NCBI GenBank assembly: GCA_020137815.1
Contig: CM035356.1
Coordinates: 3,844,001-3,908,000 of the forward strand
DNA length: 64,000 nt
Source of the DNA: Hormiphora californensis
Taxonomy: Eukaryota; Animalia; Ctenophora
Direction: 5' to 3'
The number at the start of each line of letters is the position of its first letter. Within the stretch, counting starts at the first letter, position 1. Of the stretch, positions 1-24,857 are shown in pieces. The translations under genes and the position numbers were made by a program. Under the pieces are notes generated by a model. It did not search any database, had not been told where the DNA came from, and saw only the letters and a list, made by a program, of their open reading frames with translations.

Positions 1-15191
<15,191 letters not shown>

Positions 15192-15728
15192 ACACACACC
15201 TCACCAACTGCACACCCCATCTGCAGCACACCTCACCTGCACACCTCACCTGCAATCCATATACCTCACCTGCAATCCATATACCTCACCTGCACACCTC
15301 ACCTGCAATCCATATACCTCACCTGCAATCCATATACCTCATCTGCAATCCATACGTCATAAATCTGCATATCTTGATTCAATTTGCAGTTTCATTATCT
15401 GGCGTCCCAAATCCCAATTTGCAGCTTCATAATGCCAATCATATATCAGCTACATCGCAATTTGTTGAGTATCCCTCAACTCAATAAGTCGCAGTTGTGT
15501 CATCTTAGCGATCTGTCTCAACCACCACACCCAGACACCATGTCACCCTCCACCACCTCACCAGCTAACTTAGCGTTGATAAACATCTGCATCAGACGAT
15601 ATCAAATCACTACTGTCATTTGATAGTTTGATATGTCTGATATGACAACTATTTATCAAAATCAAGATTTAGTACCGGCATCATCCGGTCATTGTCACCA
15701 ATGCTACCTTCAATACGTAATATTTAAA

Positions 15729-18700
15729 TGTTTCGGGGTGTTCGGGGGGTTACAGGGGGCCAGGGGCGTTGGGTGACCGTACCGATGTATTTCCGTAGAC
15801 AAAGATAAACACAGGATCTTACAAAGGTGAGAAGAAGGTTTCAAGGTAAACGAAGGTATAGTTGTTAAGAAGAAGAGTGACAAAACTTTCTTGCATTCAT
15901 ATTCTCTCAAAACATCAAAGGTAAAACATCTCTCGCGCGGCGGGAATAGTGTGATTCCGCGCTCGCGATATCTCACAACACATTTGGAACTCTCGCGCGT
16001 TCCATACAAACACTCAGGAAAACTGTGTCACACTCATGGCACACATCGCACACACACGTTACACACACAAACAAACTATTAGTTCACACCTATCACACTC
16101 CCCTCTCTTTCCTTTTCCGAATCGAGAGATGAGCAAGCAGGAGATTCAGGTCCGGCAAGCTACAGGTCAGGGCTAAAAATGAACACTGTCATGAGTGGCT
16201 GGATGTGAAAAATAAAATGGCAGGGAAAAGGAAAATGCCAGTCGGCTAATAAACTCGTGACAAAGCATCAGGTGAGTTGAAATAAGTGAAGAACAAAAAT
16301 CTATCACTGGGTAAAATAAGTAGTGAAAGTCAGGTGAGTTAAATATACACACTGGGTGAGTAGTAAGAAAACGGGTTAAGAAGTAAAAACTGGGTTAAAA
16401 TAAGGTGAGATAAAATACAAAAGTAGGGATAAAGTAAACGGTTACAGCATTCCGTTGATAACGTCCGGGTTCACTCCTCTCTTTGTCAGGATGTCAGCGG
16501 GGTTCAACTTTGATTGAATCCAAGAGACTGTGACTTCCCCTCTCTCGATTCTCTCTTGAACTTCTCGTAACGTGAGAATTGTTGACTTATCTTCAGGGGT
16601 TGAAGACACCTTGTTTGCAGAGTCAACAACTTGTTTGGAGTCAGTGAAAATCTTGATTCCCGGGTCAAAAGTGAGTTCTCTCAAGAAGGATTGGATCAGG
16701 ATTGCATATCCCAAACCATCACTCACTGCATAGAGTTCTGCTGCGTAGACACTTTTCACAACACGTTTAACCTTGTTGGAACTGTAGGCTATCAGGTTAG
16801 CGTGAGAGTTGTCTCCTGTTTCAGTTTGAGGGTCTCCCCAGAAAAGAATGACACCTTCCCCGGTTTTCTTGTCATGGAGATTTCCAAGACTAGCGTCTGT
16901 AAAAACTGAAATATTAGCGTTAGTGTGAAAAATAGGGGAAAAAGTAATCTTTGTTGGGGATAAATTCTTGACAATCTTCTTCAGCTCTTTGAATTGTTTC
17001 CCAGTCCACGGTGATGTCGTAGTAATGTCAAGAAGGCTAAAACAGATCTGTGGCATAGTCTGTGTTGCCAGCCAATTCAACTTTCCAATCACAGTCCTCA
17101 TGAGAGATTGGAGGTTATCGTCAACTTCTTCACTATTCTGGGGCACAGGTTTGACAGAATTCAACTTTTCCATCATACTGTCTCTGACATAGTTACAGTA
17201 CTGCTCCTGTGTGACGAATATGTTGTTTCCTTGCTGTTTGACTTGCCAGCCAAGGTAGTTGAAATCGGTTATCTCCACTCGTCCTATCTTGTATCTTTTC
17301 AGGGCGGGTTCCACTTTAGCGAAGAAATTGTGGTCACCTGTCATCAGAATGTCATCAACATGGACAACTAGTAATCCTTCTAGTTTTCCATCATCTCCGA
17401 TGGTGAAGAATACGTTTTTGTCAATTTTAGATTGACGGAGAGTCTTCTTCAGAGTTGCAGAGAGAGAAAAATACCATTTTCTACCAGCGTCTCCTAGTCC
17501 ATACAGGGGTTTCAGAAGTTTCCACAACACTCCTTGTTTCCTCATGGAATTAGGTGGTTTAACATACACCTCTCTTGACATAGTGTCTGATTGCAAATAA
17601 GCGCTTGCTACATCAACACTCTTCAGGTTCCAGTTGGTTGTAGTAGACAGACTGAGTAGAGTTCTCACTGCATACTTTGTTACAGTTGGGGATTGGGTTT
17701 GGTCCTCTAACTTTTCCTCGAATCCACGGGCAACTAGACGGGCCTTGACTGTCCCATCATCCTTTCGGGTTATAACCCATCGGGTGCTTACCCGGTCCTG
17801 TCCTGTGTCAGGCACTTCTTCAAATGCTTTAAACTCCTCCAGTTTATCGATCTCTTTCCTTCGTGCTAATTGCACTTCCTCTTTACCCATCTTTGATGCT
17901 GCTAGGAGAATTTCATCATGTTCGGGACTGAAGGGTTCTTGATCATCTGGGGGTTTTCTGGGACTGTCCTCTCTGGGATCTGTAGTCTCAGGTAAAAGTA
18001 CCTGCTTCTGCTCAACATGATCATCAAGATTCTGGAGCTGTTCACTTTCTGGAACATTTATCTCAGGGGCAGATCCACTTTCTTGGGATACTTCCTCAAC
18101 CGGATTATCAGGATTCGGAGGCTGTTCACTTTCTGGAACATTGTTCTCTTGGACAGATCCACTTTGGGATTCTTCCTCTACCGCGTTACCATTTTTAGTA
18201 ACTTCAATCACTGTGTGTTCACTTTCGGAATCTGATACAGGATGTGTTGCTGCGGGGGTGTCTCTATGAGTTTTACTCCTCAATCCGAAATCTCTTGCTG
18301 GAGGTGCCACTTTGGTTTTCTTCTTCTTGGGCTTCTTCTTCTGTACCTTGGGCTCGGTTGGCCTGTCCTCGGGTTCATCTTCCTCACTTGAGTCTCCCAG
18401 TGCTAATCGCGAGTTGGGGACTGTCCTCTGGTTCTGGTCTTTTCGCTCATGGACTAGCCTCACTTTACAAGGATGTGCACGTAGTAGTGCTCCACCGTGC
18501 TTGATTAAAACATTGTTATCGATCATTCCAACAACTGTAGCGGGTCCCAACCAGGTTTTGTGAGCTTCACGCTTGTAGAATACCTTATCTCCCTGGACAT
18601 AGGTATGTTGATCCTGTGTTGGTCCGGCACTATTTAGTGCTCGTTTCAGTCTGGAAGAATTTTCCAATTCGATAAACTTTAATCGGGCTGTCTTCATGGC

Positions 18701-21066
18701 TTGTAGATTCTTCACTACTAATTCATCTCCGTGAGCATTTCCTCCGTGAGCAGGTAGGCATTCTTCTGAGTCCAATACGTGTGGAAAGGTAGGAGCTGTG
18801 CCAAAAACTAGTTGATGTGGTGAAAATCCCATCTGATTGCTTAGCTGGTTCTTAGCATTGCTAGACCAAGCACAAGCCACTGGTATAGTGCATCCAGTGT
18901 CATCACGAGTTTTGACAACCATGTCTCCGAGAATTCCGTTGTGTCTCTCAGTGAGACCATTGCACCATGGGCTCTCAGCTGGGGTAGCTTTCAAGTCAAT
19001 ATCTAGGCGGCTTGCCATCTCCAGGATAACTTCGTTGGTGAATTCTCCTCCGTTGTCCGATAGGATCCTCTTGGGGCGACCAAAGATAGAAATCCAACAT
19101 GTGAAGAATTTCTGAACACATTCTTCTGCTGATTTGTTCTCAATTGGGACCATAACACTGTACCTGGTTAGTGTATCAATGATATGAATAGTCCACTTTG
19201 ATTCACCCGAGCTGAATTTCAACATCTTTAAATCCATCGCAACACACTCATTGAAAGTGTTCCCGAGAGGTAATGCAACTTTCCTCCTAGGTTTGGATCG
19301 TTGATGCTCCATGCATTGTTGGCATTCAAGTGCAACTTGGTGAAGTTCTCGACAAATCTCTTCCTTGTTGGGGTGATTGGAAGATTTAGCTACCTCCTGG
19401 ATTTTCGCAGTCGAGCCATGGGCAAAGTAACGATGGAGTTTCTGGGCAATCTTTCTGGGTGATGTGGTACCTGAATCCGAAGATGTTAAAAGAGTAGTTG
19501 GAGAAAGTTTGGAGTTTAAATCAATTGTGACGTGACCACTATCAGTGAGATGTAACTGTGTTTGTTTACCCGAGACCTGTAGCACGTCGTTCCCAAAATC
19601 AATCACCGCTCCTCTCTCGCTAAGTAAAGCTCTGGATAAAAGAGGTGGGATGTTAAGGTCTAGGACAAACACGGGTACTTCATCACATGACAAACCAAAT
19701 ATATCTGTGGGGATATACGCAATCGATTTAGACGTTACAGATTTGGAATCACCAAAAGTAAAATGTCTCTCACTGACAGTCTCTCTCTTACAACGTATAG
19801 AAGATTCACTCTCAAATTTACGTAACCAATTTGCACCACACACTGAGATAGCTGCACCAGTGTCCAAAATCGCTCTCAGGCCACATTGTTCAGTTAGTGA
19901 AAGAATATACTCTGTACCGACAACCATCTTGAAAACTCCGTGCTGCCTGCCGCCACCACGGCCACCACGATTACCACGACTACCACCACTGCCACCATAT
20001 TTCGACTCCTTCCTGGCGCTATTCTTCTTTAGACAGTTGGAGGCCACATGGCCGGGTTTTCTACAGTTAAAACATACAATCAGAGTTAATGATTCTGTTT
20101 CAGTTTTCTCAGAGTTAGAAACTGCACCATTTGACTCGGGAAGGTTGGCACCAAAAGTCCTTTTCATCGATTGAATCATGTCCTCTAAACGAATATTAGG
20201 ACAAGTTGCTCGTAGAAGGCGTTTTTGCTCCGGGGTCAGATTTGCTTGTTCAAGGAGTCTATAGGCAAGGATCTGAGATCCGTAGATAGCATCTTGAGTC
20301 TCCACTTCACACCTCTGCTTCAACTCATTGAGCCGTGTTGAGAACTCCGAAATGAACTCAGGAATGGCCATATCGGAAGGTCTCACAAATTGTTCGAACC
20401 GTTCTATGGCGGTGAACAAGCTTACAGTCTTATCCCTACCGAAAACACCTTCGAGATCTTTTAACAGATAGGCCACGCCATCATCTGTTTGCAGTTTCGA
20501 GATATCCAAGCCTAGGGCATGTTCCTTCGCGGCACCAGTTAGGACATAGGCGAGGCGGGCTGCCTGGCTCTTTGGTGGACATGTTGTTCCAGCGATCCAG
20601 AGAAGCACGTCCCTTCGGTAGACATCGAATGGTAACTCGGCGTTGAAAGTGGGAGGATATATGTCTGACGGCATCGAATTGCACTTCCTGCTACCACTGT
20701 TTCGGGGTGTTCGGGGGGTTACAGGGGGCCAGGGGCGTTGGGTGACCGTACCGATGTATTTCCGTAGACAAAGATAAACACAGGATCTTACAAAGGTGAG
20801 AAGAAGGTTTCAAGGTAAACGAAGGTATAGTTGTTAAGAAGAAGAGTGACAAAACTTTCTTGCATTCATATTCTCTCAAAACATCAAAGGTAAAACATCT
20901 CTCGCGCGGCGGGAATAGTGTGATTCCGCGCTCGCGATATCTCACAACACATTTGGAACTCTCGCGCGTTCCATACAAACACTCAGGAAAACTGTGTCAC
21001 ACTCATGGCACACATCGCACACACACGTTACACACACAAACAAACTATTAGTTCACACCTATCACA
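15729..21066 (-). mobile_element. Full-length Ty1/copia LTR retrotransposon (GalEa-like)
   Basis: 369-bp TG...CA LTRs at 15729-16097 and 20698-21066, no differences seen. 5-bp TSD TTAAA (15724-15728, 21067-21071). PBS TGGTAGCAG (Met-tRNA type) on - strand at ~20688-20696. PPT GAGAGGGGAG at 16098-16107. Confidence 0.95.
16442..20674 (-). CDS. Gag-Pol polyprotein (Gag CCHC, protease, integrase, RT, RNase H; copia order), 1410 aa
   Basis: CFNCRKPGHVASNC; ILDTGA; integrase HHCC plus AMDL, SDNGGEF, NGLTERHN; KARLVARGF, YGLGDAGRKWY, HVDD; FTDAS, FTDS, NPADILTK. Confidence 0.96.
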   Translation of the reverse strand: MPSDIYPPTFNAELPFDVYRRDVLLWIAGTTCPPKSQAARLAYVLTGAAKEHALGLDISKLQTDDGVAYLLKDLEGVFGRDKTVSLFTAIERFEQFVRPSDMAIPEFISEFSTRLNELKQRCEVETQDAIYGSQILAYRLLEQANLTPEQKRLLRATCPNIRLEDMIQSMKRTFGANLPESNGAVSNSEKTETESLTLIVCFNCRKPGHVASNCLKKNSARKESKYGGSGGSRGNRGGRGGGRQHGVFKMVVGTEYILSLTEQCGLRAILDTGAAISVCGANWLRKFESESSIRCKRETVSERHFTFGDSKSVTSKSIAYIPTDIFGLSCDEVPVFVLDLNIPPLLSRALLSERGAVIDFGNDVLQVSGKQTQLHLTDSGHVTIDLNSKLSPTTLLTSSDSGTTSPRKIAQKLHRYFAHGSTAKIQEVAKSSNHPNKEEICRELHQVALECQQCMEHQRSKPRRKVALPLGNTFNECVAMDLKMLKFSSGESKWTIHIIDTLTRYSVMVPIENKSAEECVQKFFTCWISIFGRPKRILSDNGGEFTNEVILEMASRLDIDLKATPAESPWCNGLTERHNGILGDMVVKTRDDTGCTIPVACAWSSNAKNQLSNQMGFSPHQLVFGTAPTFPHVLDSEECLPAHGGNAHGDELVVKNLQAMKTARLKFIELENSSRLKRALNSAGPTQDQHTYVQGDKVFYKREAHKTWLGPATVVGMIDNNVLIKHGGALLRAHPCKVRLVHERKDQNQRTVPNSRLALGDSSEEDEPEDRPTEPKVQKKKPKKKKTKVAPPARDFGLRSKTHRDTPAATHPVSDSESEHTVIEVTKNGNAVEEESQSGSVQENNVPESEQPPNPDNPVEEVSQESGSAPEINVPESEQLQNLDDHVEQKQVLLPETTDPREDSPRKPPDDQEPFSPEHDEILLAASKMGKEEVQLARRKEIDKLEEFKAFEEVPDTGQDRVSTRWVITRKDDGTVKARLVARGFEEKLEDQTQSPTVTKYAVRTLLSLSTTTNWNLKSVDVASAYLQSDTMSREVYVKPPNSMRKQGVLWKLLKPLYGLGDAGRKWYFSLSATLKKTLRQSKIDKNVFFTIGDDGKLEGLLVVHVDDILMTGDHNFFAKVEPALKRYKIGRVEITDFNYLGWQVKQQGNNIFVTQEQYCNYVRDSMMEKLNSVKPVPQNSEEVDDNLQSLMRTVIGKLNWLATQTMPQICFSLLDITTTSPWTGKQFKELKKIVKNLSPTKITFSPIFHTNANISVFTDASLGNLHDKKTGEGVILFWGDPQTETGDNSHANLIAYSSNKVKRVVKSVYAAELYAVSDGLGYAILIQSFLRELTFDPGIKIFTDSKQVVDSANKVSSTPEDKSTILTLREVQERIERGEVTVSWIQSKLNPADILTKRGVNPDVINGML

Positions 21067-22121
21067 TTAAATACCAGCACTTCTTCCAAAAGTAACACCT
21101 TATAATGTTGCAGGTGGGGCAAATGCGGGGATAATTTCAGACGGGGATGATCCAGTGGGACTAAATACCCTCTCTCCTTCACCCTCACTAAGTGTAAGTT
21201 GTCAGCAGCCACATCGATCTCGCGCATTCTCGCTGTCCGGGGTTGTTTGAGCATGTCTGGCACAGTGTTGTCCACAGTACTAACACAACTTCCTCCCCTA
21301 CCAGGGTTACAACAGCGGTACAGACCTGGGTAGCAGTATAGGACTACCTCTAGCTGAGAGAATGGAACCAACGCGTCGTGTCTCCCTTCTCGCTAGATCG
21401 GAGGGCAGACCTGCTCGAGACAGCCCTGACCCTCACTATGTGCCTCAGAGCCCCCGGTGAGACATACAACAGGTCACACTAGACAGGCATGGTGCTAGCC
21501 AGTCACTGTCTGAGCTGGACTTTTTTGAGGAGTGGAGAGAATTGAACTGTGATTGGGATTTTTATTTTACGAATTTTGTGTTCTTTTTGTGAGAGTGATG
21601 TATTATGAAACACCTGTAGATCAGTTTGATGACGTTTGTTGCAGCGTTTATTGCCTAGAGAATCATTTCAGATGAGCTGAGAGAGAGAGAGAGTTTGCAC
21701 CGGAGCCTTTCTTTCAGTGTATCTGGTGCAAATTTGTACAAAGCTGAGAGTGTGATTCATCTGTTTTTTTTTGTAAAGTGAAATGTTTCTATGCATGTAT
21801 GTTCAGATGAATTTTTACTTGTATGAAGACACTTCAATTCGTTTAAATTGGTTTTGATTGGCATTGCCAATGGAAAAATGAGGAATTTTGGACATCAACC
21901 AAAACAAAAATTCGTGCGCGCGTGACATAAAAAGTTGAATTTTTGAACAAAATGTACGAGGAATGAGTCTCCCAGAGGGAACTATTACGGCGGATGGAGC
22001 TCGCCTAGATATCAGTACACGTGATTTCTGGTCTAGCATGGATAACACCTACTTTGATGTGAGGGTATTTAATCCTAGGGTGGCATCCAACTCTAACCAG
22101 GCAATCTCTAAAGTGTATGAA

Positions 22122-23937
22122 AAACTTTTCAACACTACTTTAAAAAAAAAACAACAAAAAAAACAAAAAAAAACAAAAAAAACAAAACAAAAAAAAACAA
22201 AAAAAAAAAAAAAACAAAAAAAAAACAAAAAAAATCCCCTGCCTACCCCCCCCCCTCCTTGGTGGTGTCTCAACCTATGATTCTGGGCGTCTGTTAGTTC
22301 CACTAAATATTCTGATTCATAGTTTTGTCCTTAGTCTTGTCCTTAGTCCTGTCTGTTGGTCTGCTGTTTTACTGTCGATCTACTACCCATCGGTTTTTTC
22401 CTTTCACTGTCAGTGCTGTTGTCCTTTCCACTGTGAGTTGTACCCAATCTAGGCTTGAGACACTAGCCGTCAACCTTGGGAGCAAATAACCCTCCCGAGG
22501 AATATACCTCCTCAGAAAACGTGTTGCCGATATTCACGTCCATGCCTGATCAATCACCCATAAGAAAATCACCTCCTAATCTCACCATACGCCGAATATA
22601 AAGGACCGCTCTAGGAGCAGGCATCTGGTTGCAGTCACTGTTTTTCGGAAAGGCGGACCATTTGCATATTACAAACTGTGTCAGAGCGGGATATAAACTG
22701 TTACTATTATTATTTATTATTATTAAACAAATTAATTTGAGCAAATGTCTATGTAAGAGCCCAGGAGGGCAGCAAGAAGATGGAAAGCTCTGATGATGAA
22801 CTAGATACACGGACCTACCTGCGGGAAACAGATGTGGAAGAAGAACACGTCCGATACTGTCAAGAACAAACCGTGGAGTGGGTAAGCGAGGTATTAACCC
22901 TAACCGGTGGGTTCGGTGAAATAAACCCGAACAGAGTGCAGCAGTACGGACCACACACAGCGGAAGTTTGGAATGATCTGAAGGTCCCCTCCAGAACCAA
23001 ACTCAATGCACTGACCAAGCCAGTGCTTTTAGACCTTGTGGAGGATGCATGCCGTATTCTTATGGAACAGACCTTCCCAGTTACTGAAGAGTTGTTAGCA
23101 GTGGGTTGCGAAACCTTGAGGATAAACCAGCTGGAGAAAGAGCTCAAAATCCATAGTACAGAGCTCATAAAAACCCAAAGAAATCTAGTGGCTGCACAAG
23201 AGGAGCTCCTGAAAATCCAGAGGCAATTACTTGAGAAGAGGGAGGTCGAGATAACAGCTGTGCAGTCAACAGCACAACACGAAATGAAGAGCTTTGCAGC
23301 CGTTTTGGAGAAGGAGTGCGCCTCGGCCCTGGCTCCAAAGAAGATTCAATCGGCAATCGTGGCAGCATCGGAGGACCGTGGGTGTAACATCATCATCCAT
23401 GGATTGGAAGAGTTGAAAGACAATGTAAATGGTGAGAAGCTTGAAACTCAAATTAAGTCTCTTTTCGGTGAGCTTGAAGAGGCTCCGAAAGTGCAATCCG
23501 TCGAGCGCTTGGGAAAGCAGTCCTCATCGGCAAGACCTGTGAAAGTCGTGCTGAGGAGCAGAGAAGCTCAAATTTCAATCCTGTCGAAGAAATCCCTGCT
23601 GAAAGGGAACGACAAGTTTGGCAAAGTCTTTATATCTCCTGATAGAAGAACGGAATGAACGGAAAAAGCTTGTTGTTGAACTGAAGGAGAAGGTAAAGCA
23701 GTCCCCTGGAACCCACTTCATAATCCGTGGTAAGAGGGTGTTAGAAGCACCAAGGGACACTTGAACATTTTTATAAACACTACTAGCTCATGGACTCTAA
23801 TTTATTGATCAAATAGAGTAAAACCGCTTTTGAAAGCAGGAAGGTATCCGTTAAGTTTTTTTCTTTTTTAAGTGATATCTTACCAATATGCTATAAAGCG
23901 GTATATTAAATGTTAATTGATGATGATGATGATGATG
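22122..23937 (+). mobile_element. ORF1-only non-autonomous LINE (CR1/L2-group-like) with SL-like 5' end and (GAT)n tail
   Basis: Interrupts the RLE reading frame. Starts AAACTTTTCAACACTACTTTAAA, ends ...aaagcggtatattaaatgttaat(TGA)n. No endonuclease or RT between ORF1 and the tail. Confidence 0.7.
22780..23658 (+). CDS. LINE ORF1p-like protein (coiled coil plus RRM-like domain); probable frameshift near 23655 with the frame continuing to ~23764
   Basis: Coiled coil, then NIIIHGLEE...RLGK...RPVKV...KVFISPDR. The shifted frame continues RKKLVVELKEK...HFIIRGKRV. Confidence 0.8.
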   Translation: MESSDDELDTRTYLRETDVEEEHVRYCQEQTVEWVSEVLTLTGGFGEINPNRVQQYGPHTAEVWNDLKVPSRTKLNALTKPVLLDLVEDACRILMEQTFPVTEELLAVGCETLRINQLEKELKIHSTELIKTQRNLVAAQEELLKIQRQLLEKREVEITAVQSTAQHEMKSFAAVLEKECASALAPKKIQSAIVAASEDRGCNIIIHGLEELKDNVNGEKLETQIKSLFGELEEAPKVQSVERLGKQSSSARPVKVVLRSREAQISILSKKSLLKGNDKFGKVFISPDRRTE

Positions 23938-24277
23938 AGGGAGAAAAAGACTGGCTACCTTCATCGGGTCATTGAAGTCGAAAAATCGTCATTCACACCT
24001 CTGGTAATGTCCACGACGGGGGGTCTCGGTCGGGAATTCAAAAAGACACTGAAACAGCTAGCCGATAAGAAAGCTAAGAAAACGGGATACTCTTACGACC
24101 AATGCATCCGTTATCTTCGACTCAGACTATCATTCGCCATGGTGCGATCAATAACTGTTTCCATCAGGGGGCATCGGGGTAGATTGAGGGGCGAGGGCAA
24201 CAGGGACGAGCAGCTGTATCAAGTGGGGCAATAGACTCATTTTATATTTAATTTATTACAGTTTTTATCATTGTTAA

Positions 24278-24857
24278 AGGGCCTAAAAACCCAAATTTTA
24301 TTTATTTATTTTGAACACTACATCGTAACAAGCATGCTATTGGAGTCCCAAAAAACATAGGTACACGCCCCACGGACCCAAGGTGAACCCAGGGGGAGCC
24401 CCTCAAGTTGGGGCCCAGTTGGGGTCCCCTTGTAAACGCGCTTGTACTCCTTGAAATGCTAACAATATGATCCTCTCTGAAATTTGAAGTTTTGGGTAAA
24501 ATTATCTTTGTGTTTCAGGTGAATACATAATCTTTCTTGTCTCTGTATTCTGGTAATTTTTCTCCTAGTTTTGATAGGTTTAAATAATAATTGATGAGAA
24601 AAATTATGAAATCTACTAAAACACAAGGATCATTTCTATCCTAAATTTTATATTTGAGAGAGGATCATATTGTTAGCATTATAAGGAGTACAAGCGCGTT
24701 TACAAGTGGACCCCAAATGGGCCCCAACTTGAGGAGCTCCCCCTGGGCTCACCTGGGGTCCATGTGGCGTGTGCCTATGTTTTTTGGGACTCCAATAGCA
24801 TGCTTGTTACGATGGAGTGTTCAAAATAGATAAATAATATTTGGGTTTTTAGGCCCT
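24278..24857. mobile_element. Non-autonomous fold-back DNA transposon, Kolobok-like
   Basis: TTAA|AGGGCCTAAAAACCC...GGGTTTTTAGGCCCT|TTAA; imperfect arms of ~250 bp. Confidence 0.8.

Larger units (their letters stand above)
21963..24234 (+). pseudogene. C-terminal restriction-like endonuclease fragment of a CRE-like non-LTR element, split by an insertion (pieces ~21963-22124 and ~23935-24234)
   Basis: ARLDIS..FW...YFDVRVFNP...KVYEK joins REKK..Y..RVIEVEKSSFTPLVMSTTGGLG...LRLRLSFA..R...IRG, an R-x-D...D...E-x-K RLE signature. Confidence 0.75.

Noticed and set aside
19545-20174. 209-aa + strand ORF
   Set aside because: Antisense shadow of the copia gag-pol frame.
22141-22260. Poly(A) tail of a retroelement
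   Set aside because: It lies at the 5' side of the insertion and resembles the low-quality homopolymer sequence elsewhere; unresolved without reads.
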